The position numbers were made by a program, and so were the translations under genes. Shown piece by piece: positions 1 through 9,424 of a stretch of DNA of 64,000 nucleotides. Each line of letters starts with the position of its first letter. The first letter of the stretch is position 1. The DNA comes from an uncultured Actinomycetota bacterium (GTDB taxonomy: Bacteria > Actinomycetota > UBA4738), in the NCBI GenBank assembly GCA_963770955.1, contig CAVYRK010000002.1:485381-549380 (forward strand), given 5' to 3'. The notes under the pieces were generated by a model. The model saw nothing but the letters and a program-made list of their open reading frames with translations. It was not told where the DNA came from and ran no database searches.

Positions 1-998
1 TCGAGGTGATCACGGTCGGCATCGACAAGGCAGGCCGCTGGCACCGCGTCGCGGCGTTGCCCGCGCCGCCGACGGCGGCAGGGGGCGCCCTCCCCGCCGT
101 CGAGGCCGACAGCGGCCCGGGCGTCGCGCTCGCTCGCGAGCCCGGCGAACGCGCCATCGTCGCCGACGACGGCACGCGCACCGACGTGGACGTCGTGTTC
201 CCCGTCCTGCACGGACCGTACGGCGAGGACGGCACGATCCAGGGCATGCTCGAGCTGGCCGGCGTCCCCTACGTCGGGGCCGGCGTGCTGGCGTCCGCCG
301 TCGGCATGGACAAGGCGGTGCAGAAGACACTGTTCGCGGCCGCCGGCCTTCCCGTCGTTCCGCACGAGGTCGTCCGCGACCACGAGTGGGAGGAGGACCG
401 CGAGGCCGTCGAGGCCCGAGCCGAAGCGCTCGGCCTTCCCGTGTTCGTCAAGCCGGCCGCGCTCGGGTCGTCCGTCGGGATCTCGAAAGTCAAGCAGCTT
501 GACCAGTTTCCCGCCGCGATGGAGGACGCGCTGTCGTACGGAACGAAGGCCGTCGTGGAGCGGGGGGTCGAAGGGGCTCGCGAGATCGAATGCGCGGTGC
601 TCGGCAACGACGATCCGGTGGCGTCCCTGCCCGGCGAGATCCTCCCGGACGCCGCCGCCGAGTTCTACGACTACCGTGCGAAGTACCTGGACGACTCCAC
701 GCGGCTGCAGATCCCGGCCGACCTGCCCGACGAGATCGTCGGCCGCATCCAGCGCCTGGCCGTGGCCGCGTTCCGTGCCGTGGACGCGGCGGGGATGGCG
801 CGCGTGGACTTCTTCTACGTGCCGCCGGACCAGGTGATCGTGAACGAGATCAACACGATCCCCGGGTTCACGCCCGTGTCGATGTACCCGAAGATGTGGG
901 AGGCGTCGGGCGTTCCGTACGCGGACCTCATCGAGCGCCTGATCGACCTGGCGGTCGAACGGCACGACAAGGAACGCAAACGGGGAAGAGGGCTCTGA
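1..998 (+). CDS. ddl: D-alanine--D-alanine ligase, 5' end cut by window edge
   Basis: ORF 6..998 stays open to base 1. Motifs VFPVLHGPYGEDGTIQGMLELAGVPYVG and NEINTIPGFT are typical of ATP-grasp Ddl. Confidence 0.93.
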   Translation, partial: EVITVGIDKAGRWHRVAALPAPPTAAGGALPAVEADSGPGVALAREPGERAIVADDGTRTDVDVVFPVLHGPYGEDGTIQGMLELAGVPYVGAGVLASAVGMDKAVQKTLFAAAGLPVVPHEVVRDHEWEEDREAVEARAEALGLPVFVKPAALGSSVGISKVKQLDQFPAAMEDALSYGTKAVVERGVEGAREIECAVLGNDDPVASLPGEILPDAAAEFYDYRAKYLDDSTRLQIPADLPDEIVGRIQRLAVAAFRAVDAAGMARVDFFYVPPDQVIVNEINTIPGFTPVSMYPKMWEASGVPYADLIERLIDLAVERHDKERKRGRGL

Positions 999-999
999 G

Positions 1000-1239
1000 C
1001 TAGAGGTGGACGACCGGGCAGGTCAGCGTCCGAGTGATGCCCTCGACGGCCTGGATCTTCGCCACCACGAGCTTGCCCAGCTCGTCGACGTTGCGGGCTT
1101 CGGCGCGAACGATCACGTCGTAGGGACCCGTCACGTCCTCGGCTGCGGCGACGCCCTTGATGCCTGAGACCTCCTTGGCCACCTGGGCGGCCTTCCCGAC
1201 CTCGGTCTGGATCAGGATGTACGCGTTGACCACGTCCAC
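1000..1239 (-). CDS. Stand-alone Lrp/AsnC-type ligand-binding (RAM) domain protein, 79 aa
   Basis: Tail of ORF 1000..1341. GTG at 1239 is preceded by AGGAGGGGGA. Sequence VDVVNAYILIQTEVGKA...DVTGPYDVIVRAEARNVDELGKLV resembles the AsnC C-terminal domain. Confidence 0.75.
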   Translation of the reverse strand: MDVVNAYILIQTEVGKAAQVAKEVSGIKGVAAAEDVTGPYDVIVRAEARNVDELGKLVVAKIQAVEGITRTLTCPVVHL

Positions 1240-1339
1240 CTCCCCCTCCTTCCGCGAGTGGGTGCTCCTTCCGAGACCCCGGGCCTCGGGCGAGCGGCTA
1301 TCGTAGCGGCCTTCGCCCCGGGTCGCATATCCTCGGCAC

Positions 1340-2173
1340 ATGCCCCCCCGAGATTCCCACCGCCGCGATTCCGGCGACCCGCTGGCCGCCTATCGGCGCC
1401 TGCGAAAGCCCATGCCGCCACCCGAGCGGGTCGAGCAGGATCGCCGCGAGGAGGTACTCGAGAGGGAGGCGGAGGAGGAGATTCGAGCCGCCACGGGCCG
1501 CCCGCCGACCCCGCCGAAGCCGCCGTTGCGCGGCTTCGCCGACCGTCGCGACGCCGGCGAGCACCTGGCTTCCGCTCTGGGCGAGGTGCTGTCGAGTGAC
1601 GACGACGTGGTCGTGCTCGCGATTCCTCGCGGCGGCGTCGAGGTCGGCGCCGTCGTGGCCGCGGCTCTCGCGGCGCCCCTCGACGTCGTCATCCCGCGAA
1701 AGGTCGGCGCGCCCGGCAATCCCGAGCTCGGCCTCGGGGCGGTCGCCGATGGCGTCGAGGTGCTCGACGCCGGCCTGATCGCCGCGCTGGGCGTCGATGA
1801 CGAGTACCTTCGCCGCGAGGTCGCGCGGCAGATGGAGGAGATCCGCCGGCGCACCGAGGCGTACCGTGGCGGGCGCCGGGCAGCGGACCTGCACGGGAAG
1901 GTCGCCGTCGTCGTGGACGACGGCGTCGCCACCGGAGGAACGGCCGTCGCCGCGCTGCGATGGGCCCGCGCGCACGACGCGAAGCGTGTGGTCCTGGCGG
2001 TCCCGGTCGCGCCGGCGGAGGGGGTCCGGCGCCTGCGCGCGGAGGCCGACGACGTCATCGCGTTGATCGCGCCCGCGCATTTCTTCGCGGTGGGACAGTG
2101 GTTCGGCGACTTCCCGCAGGTGAGCGACGAGCAGGTCGTGCGGCTGCTCGCCGAGGCGCGCGGGTCTCCGTGA
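1340..2173 (+). CDS. Phosphoribosyltransferase-family protein
   Basis: ORF 1340..2173. PRPP-binding loop VAVVVDDGVATGGT is present. The first ~60 aa are not PRTase-like, so an alternative TTG start at 1526 (MRGFADRRDAGEHLA) is possible. Confidence 0.8.
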   Translation: MPPRDSHRRDSGDPLAAYRRLRKPMPPPERVEQDRREEVLEREAEEEIRAATGRPPTPPKPPLRGFADRRDAGEHLASALGEVLSSDDDVVVLAIPRGGVEVGAVVAAALAAPLDVVIPRKVGAPGNPELGLGAVADGVEVLDAGLIAALGVDDEYLRREVARQMEEIRRRTEAYRGGRRAADLHGKVAVVVDDGVATGGTAVAALRWARAHDAKRVVLAVPVAPAEGVRRLRAEADDVIALIAPAHFFAVGQWFGDFPQVSDEQVVRLLAEARGSP

Positions 2174-2520
2174 GCGTTCCCGAACTGGTGATCGCCGGCG
2201 TCTGCGGCGCGGTCGGCGTGCGCGCGCTGGTCGTCACGCTCCGCCGCCCATTCGAGCCGGCCGGCACGCGCGATCGACTCCTCTACGCGCTCTACGTCAC
2301 CTGCCGCGCGGGCTGGTGGTTGACGCTCGGGTTCTTCTTCCTCGGCTACGGATTGGTCGAGCAGCCGCAGGACCTGCGATGGTTCTTGCTCGTGCCCATC
2401 GCATTGGCCGGCATCCAGCTGCTCGCGAGCCTCGGCCTCGCCCACGGCGGGGACCGCGATTCCGCGCATGCGTCCGACGCGGACATGAACGGGCACGAGC
2501 CGCCGACGGAGCAGCCGTGA
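2170..2520 (+). CDS. Small integral membrane protein, unknown function
   Basis: GTG 2170 overlaps the upstream stop (GTGA). The in-frame tail of ORF 1960..2520 has 3 hydrophobic segments (ELVIAGVCGAVGV, WWLTLGFFFLGYGLV, FLLVPIALAGIQLLASLGL). Confidence 0.6.
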   Translation: MSVPELVIAGVCGAVGVRALVVTLRRPFEPAGTRDRLLYALYVTCRAGWWLTLGFFFLGYGLVEQPQDLRWFLLVPIALAGIQLLASLGLAHGGDRDSAHASDADMNGHEPPTEQP

Positions 2521-3848
2521 CGGGCAGCGGCCGGCGGGACGTCCTGGTCGTCGGCGGCGGGTTCGCGGGACTGACGGCGGCGCGCGAACTTCGGAAGGCC
2601 GGTCTCGACGTGGTGGTCCTCGAGGCCCGGGACCGGCTCGGTGGGCGGACGTGGACCTCGGACTACCAGGGGCTGCCCGTGGAGATGGGCGGGGCGTGGG
2701 TCCACTGGCTCCAGCCCTACGTCCTCACGGAACTGCGCCGTTACGGCGTCGGGACCGAGGACGCCGGCGAGGCGCGCCAGGGTGCGTGGGTGGCGGACGG
2801 CGCGATCCGGCCGGTCACGGTGGACACGCAGTGGGGCATCATCGTCGAGGCGACCACAGCGATCTGCGCAGACGCGCGCACGCTCTTCCCGTCGCCGTAC
2901 GAACCGCTGCGCGCGGAGATCGGGGAGGTGGACCGGTACTCGATCGAGGACAGGTTGATGGACCTGGGAATGGATCCCGCGCGCCTGGAGGTGGCGGAGG
3001 GGTTCTGGTCGTCTCTGTCGAGTGTGCACGCGAGCGAGGTGGGCATCGTCTCGGCGATCCATTGGGTGGCGCTGGCCGGCTACGACCCGGAGCTGATGAT
3101 CGAGACGGCATCGGGGAGCAGCATCGTCGGCGGCACGCGGGCGCTCATGGAGGCGATCCGCGACGACGGCGCCTTCGACGTGCGGCTGTCCTCGCCGGTG
3201 GCGGCGATCCGGCAGGACGAAAGCGGTGTGGAGGCGGTTCTCCGAGATGGCGACGTCGTGGCCGGTGCCGCCGCCGTCATCGCGGTGCCCTGGAACGCGC
3301 TGGCAGGCATCGACTTCGATCCTGGGCTGTCCGAGGGCAAGCGCGCCGCAGCGGCGGAGGGACAGGCGTCGCGCGGCCTCAAGACCTGGGTGCGGGTGCG
3401 GGGCGAGAGCGCGATGGAGTTCGCGTCGGGACCGGCAACCGCCCCGCTCTCCTACGTCCACCCCGCCGCGACGATCGACGGCGACACGCTGTTCGTGGCG
3501 TTCGGGAACGACGCGCACGCGCTCGACCCGACGGATCACGGGGCAGTTGCGAGCGCATTCGCGGAGATGAAGCCCGGCCTGGAGGTCGTGGACGTGTTCG
3601 CCCACGACTGGACGCGAGACGAGTTCTCCCTGGGGACGTGGGCCGCGCACCGTCCGCGCCAGATCAGCAGGTATCTGGCCGAGCTCCAACGGCCGGAGGG
3701 GCGGCTGGTCCTGGCCGGCGCCGACATCGCCGACGGGTGGGCGGGGTTCATCGACGGGGCGATCGAAAGTGGGCTGAGCGCCGCCCGCGTGATAAGAACG
3801 ATCCTGACCGGCAGCCGGGAGGCCGCCGTCCTGCGATCCGAAGGCTGA
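2517..3848 (+). CDS. FAD-dependent amine oxidase (flavin monoamine/polyamine oxidase family)
   Basis: GTG 2517 overlaps the upstream stop (GTGA). Dinucleotide-binding motif VLVVGGGFAGLTAARELRKAGLDVVVLEARDRLGGR. C-terminal GADIADGWAGFIDGAIESG is typical of the family. Confidence 0.85.
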   Translation: MTGSGRRDVLVVGGGFAGLTAARELRKAGLDVVVLEARDRLGGRTWTSDYQGLPVEMGGAWVHWLQPYVLTELRRYGVGTEDAGEARQGAWVADGAIRPVTVDTQWGIIVEATTAICADARTLFPSPYEPLRAEIGEVDRYSIEDRLMDLGMDPARLEVAEGFWSSLSSVHASEVGIVSAIHWVALAGYDPELMIETASGSSIVGGTRALMEAIRDDGAFDVRLSSPVAAIRQDESGVEAVLRDGDVVAGAAAVIAVPWNALAGIDFDPGLSEGKRAAAAEGQASRGLKTWVRVRGESAMEFASGPATAPLSYVHPAATIDGDTLFVAFGNDAHALDPTDHGAVASAFAEMKPGLEVVDVFAHDWTRDEFSLGTWAAHRPRQISRYLAELQRPEGRLVLAGADIADGWAGFIDGAIESGLSAARVIRTILTGSREAAVLRSEG

Positions 3849-3859
3849 AAGGGGGAGCG

Positions 3860-4093
3860 ATGGGCGATGCCGAGACGCTCGGCTACGAGGGCGACATCAA
3901 GCCACTGTTTCGGGAGAAGGACCAGCAGCGCATGAGCTTCGCCTTCGACCTGTGGAGCTACGAGGACGTCAAGGAGAACGCCGAGGCCATCCTGGAGCGC
4001 CTCGAGGAGGGCGACATGCCCTGCGACGGCGCGTGGCCCGACGAGCAGCTGGCGACGTTCCGCTCCTGGGTACAGTCGGGCAAGGGACCGTAG
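3860..4093 (+). CDS. Small acidic conserved-looking protein (77 aa), unknown function
   Basis: ATG 3860 lies 12 nt after the oxidase stop, behind GGGGGAG. Near-uniform G/C third positions. Tail of ORF 2651..4093 (MGDAETLGYEGDIKPLFREKD...FRSWVQSGKGP). Confidence 0.7.
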   Translation: MGDAETLGYEGDIKPLFREKDQQRMSFAFDLWSYEDVKENAEAILERLEEGDMPCDGAWPDEQLATFRSWVQSGKGP

Positions 4094-4107
4094 GGTTCGC
4101 CTCGCGG

Positions 4108-5076
4108 TCAGCCGGCCGCGAGCGTCTCCCGCATGCCGGTCTCCAGGTCGCGAGCCGTGTAGCCGAGCTCCTTGCGCGCCTTCGCGTCGGTCGCCCAGTA
4201 TGTGACGCCCGACCCGGCGGTGATGAGCTCGCGCAGGTTCGGCCCCGTTCCCATGGCCTTGCCGATGAGCGGCCCGGCGGGGGCGGCGGCCTTCATCATC
4301 CAGACCGGCATCGTGAACCGCGGCGCGCGATGGCCGGACAGCCGCCCGACCAGAGTCAGCAGGTCGCCCAGGCGCGTGATCTCGCCGCCGATCACGTAGG
4401 ACCCGCCGCGCGCACCGCGATCGAACACCAGGACGATCCCGGCCGCGATGTCGTCGACGTGGGCCAGGTTCATGCCCATCTCGGGGAAGGTGCGCATTCG
4501 CAGCTTCCCGGTCCTGAGCTGCTCGATGAGCGAGCCCACCTCGGAGTGGTCGCCCGGCCCGTACACGCCGCCGGGCATCGCGATCGCCACCGGGGCGCCG
4601 TCCCGGATTCGCTCCTCCGCGGCGAGGTGCGCCCGGTACTTCGTCTCGTCGTAGTAGGAGAGGAAGTCGTCGCCGGGCCGACGGTAGGTCTCGTCGACCA
4701 CCACCCCGCGGGTGTTGCCGAAGACGTTGACCGTCGAGACGTAGACGATGCGGGGGATGCCCGCGTGGACGGCGGCGTCGAGCACCCGCTCGGTCCCGGT
4801 CACGTTGGCCTCGTACATGGCGGGGCGCTCCGACGCCGGGATGCCGACCCGGTACGAGCCGGCGACGTGCAGCACTCCGTCGCATCCGTCCATGGCCCGC
4901 GCCAGGCCGTCGACCGAGGTCAGGCTCCCTTCGGTGAGGGTGCAGCCGAGTGCGCGGAGCTTCGCCGCGCCGGCCTCCGATCGGACGAGTGCGACCACGT
5001 CGTCGCCTCGCGGCCGGAGGTACTGGGCGACCCGGCCACCGATGAACCCCGTCCCGCCCGTGAGGAACAGGCGCAT
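4108..5076 (-). CDS. NAD-dependent epimerase/dehydratase (extended SDR)
   Basis: ORF 4108..5076. N-terminal MRLFLTGGTGFIGGRV Rossmann motif. Confidence 0.85.
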   Translation of the reverse strand: MRLFLTGGTGFIGGRVAQYLRPRGDDVVALVRSEAGAAKLRALGCTLTEGSLTSVDGLARAMDGCDGVLHVAGSYRVGIPASERPAMYEANVTGTERVLDAAVHAGIPRIVYVSTVNVFGNTRGVVVDETYRRPGDDFLSYYDETKYRAHLAAEERIRDGAPVAIAMPGGVYGPGDHSEVGSLIEQLRTGKLRMRTFPEMGMNLAHVDDIAAGIVLVFDRGARGGSYVIGGEITRLGDLLTLVGRLSGHRAPRFTMPVWMMKAAAPAGPLIGKAMGTGPNLRELITAGSGVTYWATDAKARKELGYTARDLETGMRETLAAG

Positions 5077-5102
5077 GGGCTCACTCTACGGCCGAGGAAG
5101 AG

Positions 5103-6617
5103 CTAGCCGACCGCGGCCGAGATCTCCTCGGTCAGGTGCGGGTACTGGGCCAGGGCGTCGGCGCGCTCGTTCTTCAGGCGCTCCACGATGGCGGCGTACC
5201 GGTCCAGCCGTCCCAGCCGCTCGTACAGGCGGTGCGGCTGCAGCAGTTCGGGATCGTCGATGCCCGGAACGTGCTCGGCGACCTCGTACCCGAAGTCGTC
5301 GTCGCGGGTCCACGTGATCGTCTGCTCGGCGATGCTCTTCACGACAGCGGACGAGTGCGGGATCTTCACCTTCTTCGCGCCCTCGTCCCCCTCCTTGCCG
5401 CCGATGGAGCCCGTGTTCATGAGGTAGACCTCCATCGGGTGCGTGTCGAGCAGCTCGAGGAATCGGTTGCCCTGCAGCCCGTGTGGGAGCGGGAAGAACG
5501 GGTTGGTCCCCGGGACGCGCAGGAACTTGCCCTCCTCGGCGGCCCCGCCGGCGGACGTGCCCGTGGTCTCGCCGAGCATGAAGTAGGCGGCCGCCTGCGC
5601 CTGCGTGAGACGGGCGACGGCGGGGATGATGTTCTCGTTCCGGTTGAGGATCAACATGCAGTCGACGCTGGGGAGGTTGCGCGCGTCCTCGAACCGTCCG
5701 AGGTCGGCCATGCCGAACACCGCGCGGCCGTTCTGCGTGTACGACGCCTCGTGGAAGTTCACCTTCCCGCCGTCGTCCTGGTAGACGTTCTCGAGATAGG
5801 AGGAGGGCTTGACCACCGCGTTGAAGATGTTGGGCTCGAAGTCGGGGTCGAGCGAGAACGTCTTGGCGAAGCAGCCGTTCTCCGACCCGTACACCGTGCC
5901 GCCGGGCATGAGCGCGATGAAGTCGTCCTGCACCGGGAGCGAGTCGTTCTGCGTCGTGAACGTCGTCGTGGTCTTGCCGGTTCCCGAGAGGCCGATGATG
6001 AGGAACACCTTCTCCCCGCCGTTCACCGGGATCGACTTGCAGCCGGCGTGCAGCGCGAGCCCGCCCCGGTCGTAGACGATGGTGTTCCACATGCGCAGCC
6101 CGCCCTTCTTGGACTCCCCGAAGTAGTCCGAGCCGATGACGCGCGTGAGGCCCCGCTCCAGGTCGACCGCGATGCACCGGTCGTCCGGGTAGCCGGGCGC
6201 GGAGAGGTTCGGCGTGTAGATGACCTGCACCTCGGGATCCGCGCCGTCGGTGCGGTCGAAGTAGAGGCGCTGCTGCATGCCGGCGATGTTCGCGTTCGCT
6301 CGCTCGATGCTGAGGCGTGCCTTCGTTCGGAAGCCCGGGTCGTTGCCGATGTAGCCGTCGATCACCACCATCTCCTGCTGGGCGATGAAGTCGTCCTGCA
6401 TCTTCGAGATGCGCTCGAACTCCTCGCGCGACATGGCCTTCTGGCTGGTGGCGGACGGGTCTTCGGTCACGACGTAGGTGGAGCCGGTGGACCGGGAGAC
6501 GACCCGGGTCTGCACGTTCACGTTGTCGAACTCCGTGAGGCGGCAGTTCGGCATCTCCTCGGTGAAGGCCCGAAGCTGGTCGGCGGAGGGATTGTCGTGG
6601 ATCTCCTTGGCGTTCAT
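5103..6617 (-). CDS. pckA: Phosphoenolpyruvate carboxykinase (ATP)
   Basis: ORF 5103..6713. Best start is ATG 6617 behind GAGGAG. Kinase-1a loop GLSGTGKTTTT and overall ATP-PEPCK-like sequence. Confidence 0.93.
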   Translation of the reverse strand: MNAKEIHDNPSADQLRAFTEEMPNCRLTEFDNVNVQTRVVSRSTGSTYVVTEDPSATSQKAMSREEFERISKMQDDFIAQQEMVVIDGYIGNDPGFRTKARLSIERANANIAGMQQRLYFDRTDGADPEVQVIYTPNLSAPGYPDDRCIAVDLERGLTRVIGSDYFGESKKGGLRMWNTIVYDRGGLALHAGCKSIPVNGGEKVFLIIGLSGTGKTTTTFTTQNDSLPVQDDFIALMPGGTVYGSENGCFAKTFSLDPDFEPNIFNAVVKPSSYLENVYQDDGGKVNFHEASYTQNGRAVFGMADLGRFEDARNLPSVDCMLILNRNENIIPAVARLTQAQAAAYFMLGETTGTSAGGAAEEGKFLRVPGTNPFFPLPHGLQGNRFLELLDTHPMEVYLMNTGSIGGKEGDEGAKKVKIPHSSAVVKSIAEQTITWTRDDDFGYEVAEHVPGIDDPELLQPHRLYERLGRLDRYAAIVERLKNERADALAQYPHLTEEISAAVG

Positions 6618-6629
6618 GTATCTCCTCAC

Positions 6630-6643
6630 GCGGGCATGCCCGC
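6630..6643. promoter_or_regulatory. Perfect 14-bp palindrome GCGGGCATGCCCGC next to the pckA RBS
   Basis: Read directly. It lies 13 nt upstream of the pckA start codon, in the pckA/thiL divergent region. It could be an operator or a 5'-UTR hairpin. Confidence 0.25.
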
Positions 6644-6774
6644 TCGGTTTGTTCTGGGGGGGAGCAATTCTAGGACGTGGCTGGTGGCGACCGTCGGACG
6701 GGTTGGCAGACATTGAGGGGTCCGTTCATACGGAGCGGTCGAGGAGGGGCGACGGGAGCGCTCCGCGCCACTTG

Positions 6775-7797
6775 ATGGCTACCATGGACGCCATGGTGAC
6801 CGGCGAAGACGCCCTGATCGAGGCCATTCGGCGCGTGCTGTCCGGGGGGGCTCCCGGAGTCCGGCTCGGGCCGGGAGACGATGCCGCCCTGGTGGAGCCG
6901 GGGCGCCACCTGGACGTGCTGACGGTGGACATGCTCGTCGAGGATGTCGACTTCGTTCGCCCGGGCATCGCTCCGCGGGACCTCGGGTACCGCGCGATCG
7001 CCGTGAACGTGAGCGACGTCGCCGCCATGGGCGGCAGCCCCCGGTACGCCCTGGTGGCGCTGGGCATCCCCGAAGACGTCGACACCGCGTGGGCGGTCGA
7101 GCTGGCGTCGGGGATGCGCGAGGCTGCCGAGGAGTTCGCGCTGGCGATCGTTGGAGGCGACATCTCCCGGGCGGGGCAGGTGGTGGTGTCGGTGTCGCTG
7201 ACCGGCGAGGTACCGGCGTCGGGGGCCGTGCCCCGTTCGGGCGCGAAGCCCGGCGACCGGATCGTCGTCACGGGCGCGTTCGGAGCGGCCGCGGGGGCGC
7301 TGCGGTTGCAGCGCGCGCCGTCCAGGTCGGTGGCGCGAACGGTGGGCGCTCCCTGGGTGCGGGAGCTGGTGGCGTCGCTCGAGCGCCCGACGCCGCGCCT
7401 GGGTGAGGGCAGGACGCTCGCGCGGGCGGGCGCCACGGCGATGATCGACGTCTCGGACGGGCTGACGCTGGATCTCGCGCGGCTGTGCCGCGCGAGCGGG
7501 GTCGGCGGCGCGGTGGTGCTGTCGCACATCCCGGTGGCGCGCGCGTTGCGCGAGTTGGAGCGGGTGCTGCCGGTGGAGCCGCTGCAGCTCGCGCTGGAGG
7601 GCGGCGAGGATTTCGAGTTGCTGGCCACGCTCCCGGCCGAGGTGGTGAAGGAGGCGGCCGCCGAGATCGAGGAACGGTACGGAACGCCGCTCACCGACAT
7701 CGGAGAGATTCGTGAGGGCGGTTCGCTGGTCGCGCGGCGCGCCGATGGGACGGAGCGGCCGCTCGAACCGCATGGCTGGGACCACCTTGCCCGCTGA
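6775..7797 (+). CDS. thiL: Thiamine-monophosphate kinase
   Basis: In-frame part of ORF 6478..7797 from ATG 6775. AIR-synthase-like motifs [32 protein letters not shown]. Confidence 0.9.
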   Translation: MATMDAMVTGEDALIEAIRRVLSGGAPGVRLGPGDDAALVEPGRHLDVLTVDMLVEDVDFVRPGIAPRDLGYRAIAVNVSDVAAMGGSPRYALVALGIPEDVDTAWAVELASGMREAAEEFALAIVGGDISRAGQVVVSVSLTGEVPASGAVPRSGAKPGDRIVVTGAFGAAAGALRLQRAPSRSVARTVGAPWVRELVASLERPTPRLGEGRTLARAGATAMIDVSDGLTLDLARLCRASGVGGAVVLSHIPVARALRELERVLPVEPLQLALEGGEDFELLATLPAEVVKEAAAEIEERYGTPLTDIGEIREGGSLVARRADGTERPLEPHGWDHLAR

Positions 7798-8632
7798 GGG
7801 CGATGCGTCGTCCGATGGCGCCGGCGCTCCGTCCCGTGGTGTCGCTCGTGCGCTCACCATCGCGGGGTCGGATTCCGGCGGCGGAGCGGGCATCCAGGCG
7901 GACCTGAAGACGTTCGCAGCGCTCGGGGTCTGGGGAACGAGCGCGATCACGTCGATCACGGTCCAGAACACGCAGGGCGTGATGGGCGTCGCCGACGTGC
8001 CCGCCGACATCGTCGCGGCGCAGGTCCGCGCGGTGGCGGATGACATCGGGGTGGACGCGGCGAAGACGGGCATGCTGTCGAATGCCGAGATCGTGGGCGC
8101 CGTCGCCGACGCGGTGGAGCGGGGCGGGGTCCCGAACGTGGTGGTCGACCCGGTGTTCCTGTCCAAGCACGGGCACGCGCTGCTGCGGGAGGACGCGGTG
8201 GAGGCGCTGCGGACCCGAATCGTCCCGCTGGCGACGCTGGTGACGCCGAATCTCCCGGAGGCGGGCGGCCTGGTGGGATTCTCGGTGTCGTCCCGGGACG
8301 AGATGCGCAAGGCCGCCGACGAGATCCTGGCGTTGGGTGCCGGAGCCGTGCTGGTGAAGGGTGGCCACCTGGCCGGCGACGCGGCCGCGGACTACTTCGC
8401 GGACGGCGATCGCGAGGAGTGGATCGAGGGCGAGCGGATCGACACACCGAACACCCACGGCACGGGCTGCGTGCTGTCGGCGGCGATCGCCGCGCACCTG
8501 GCGCGGGGGGACCAGCTGCTGAGCGCCGTTCGATCGGGGAAGGCGTTCGTCACCGAGGCCATCCGGCACTCGCTGTCGATCGGCGGAGGGATCGGCCCTG
8601 TCGACCCGGGCTGGAACGCGCGGGGGAACTAG
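7772..8632 (+). CDS. thiD: Hydroxymethylpyrimidine/phosphomethylpyrimidine kinase
   Basis: ORF 7712..8632. [27 protein letters not shown] and TPNLPEA motifs. The ATG 7772 start overlaps the thiL end. Confidence 0.92.
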   Translation: MAGTTLPAEGDASSDGAGAPSRGVARALTIAGSDSGGGAGIQADLKTFAALGVWGTSAITSITVQNTQGVMGVADVPADIVAAQVRAVADDIGVDAAKTGMLSNAEIVGAVADAVERGGVPNVVVDPVFLSKHGHALLREDAVEALRTRIVPLATLVTPNLPEAGGLVGFSVSSRDEMRKAADEILALGAGAVLVKGGHLAGDAAADYFADGDREEWIEGERIDTPNTHGTGCVLSAAIAAHLARGDQLLSAVRSGKAFVTEAIRHSLSIGGGIGPVDPGWNARGN

Positions 8633-8924
8633 ACGCGCGTCGGCTGCGGTCCCGCTGCGTCCCGGAGAGGACCGCCGCGGCGAAGTCGGGGTGGACGAAC
8701 GACAGGATGACCGACCCCTCGTCATCCAGCACCGCCCAGGGCCACACAACCCACGTGCCGAAGATCGTCGTGAGCACGGAGAGGCCGAAGATCGCGGCGC
8801 CGGACCATGTGAGCCAGGGCTGGTGCAGGGCGGCACCCGCCGCGGCGAACACCAGGCCGAGGACGAAGGCGCAGGCGGCGACCAGGTCGAAGAGGCGAGC
8901 ACGCCGAAGCGCCCGGCGGCACAT
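8550..8924 (-). CDS. Hypothetical membrane protein (2 predicted TM segments)
   Basis: ATG 8924 within ORF 8550..9008. G/C third positions are strong until ~8650. The 3' end overlaps thiD convergently by ~80 nt and is uncertain. Confidence 0.4.
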   Translation of the reverse strand: MCRRALRRARLFDLVAACAFVLGLVFAAAGAALHQPWLTWSGAAIFGLSVLTTIFGTWVVWPWAVLDDEGSVILSFVHPDFAAAVLSGTQRDRSRRASSSPARSSPGRQGRSLRRSTASAGWPR

Positions 8925-8938
8925 GGGGACATGGCCCT

Positions 8939-9127
8939 TCACGCGGTGGCTCGAGAACGCCCGATGAAGAAGGGAAGGATGCCGAAGAGGAGCAGGACCC
9001 AGGTCCACCCGATGTCGCGATTCGCGGTGATGTCGGGGTTCGCGACGGCCCGCGTTCCGGTCTTGACGCAGATGCGAGGGAGCGTGCCCGACGTGAAGTC
9101 CTTGATGGAGACGGCGACCGTGGCCAT
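8939..9127 (-). CDS. Small hypothetical membrane protein (62 aa)
   Basis: ATG 9127 behind GGGGGGA. Strong G/C third positions. C-terminal TM segment WTWVLLLFGILPFFIG. Confidence 0.55.
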   Translation of the reverse strand: MATVAVSIKDFTSGTLPRICVKTGTRAVANPDITANRDIGWTWVLLLFGILPFFIGRSRATA

Positions 9128-9147
9128 CTCGTCCCCCCGTGTTGTTC

Positions 9148-9339
9148 CTAGCCGGCGCGAACCACCCGTCCGGCCTTGAGGCACCGTGTACAGACGTTCA
9201 GGCGCTTGGGCGTGCCGCTCACCAGCGCCCGGACCCGCTGGATGTTGGGGTTCCAGCGGCGGTTCGAGAGCTTGTGCGAGTGGGAGACCCGGTGTCCGAA
9301 CCCGGGCCCACGACCACAGACGTCGCAAACGGCTGCCAT
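9148..9339 (-). CDS. rpmB: 50S ribosomal protein L28
   Basis: ATG 9339 within ORF 9148..9393. [37 protein letters not shown] is L28-like. Confidence 0.93.
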   Translation of the reverse strand: MAAVCDVCGRGPGFGHRVSHSHKLSNRRWNPNIQRVRALVSGTPKRLNVCTRCLKAGRVVRAG

Positions 9340-9424
9340 GACCCGAAGATGGTAGCAGGGGCTTCCGTTTGGCCTGGTCAGGCATGCGGGCACTCGGAGC
9401 CCGACTTCCGGACGGCCGGTCCTG

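Noticed and set aside
6618-6774. TPP riboswitch upstream of thiL-thiD
   Set aside because: The spacer lacks the conserved CUGAGA and ACCUGAUCUGGAUAAUGCCAGCG-type core elements. thiL and thiD are also not typical riboswitch-controlled genes.
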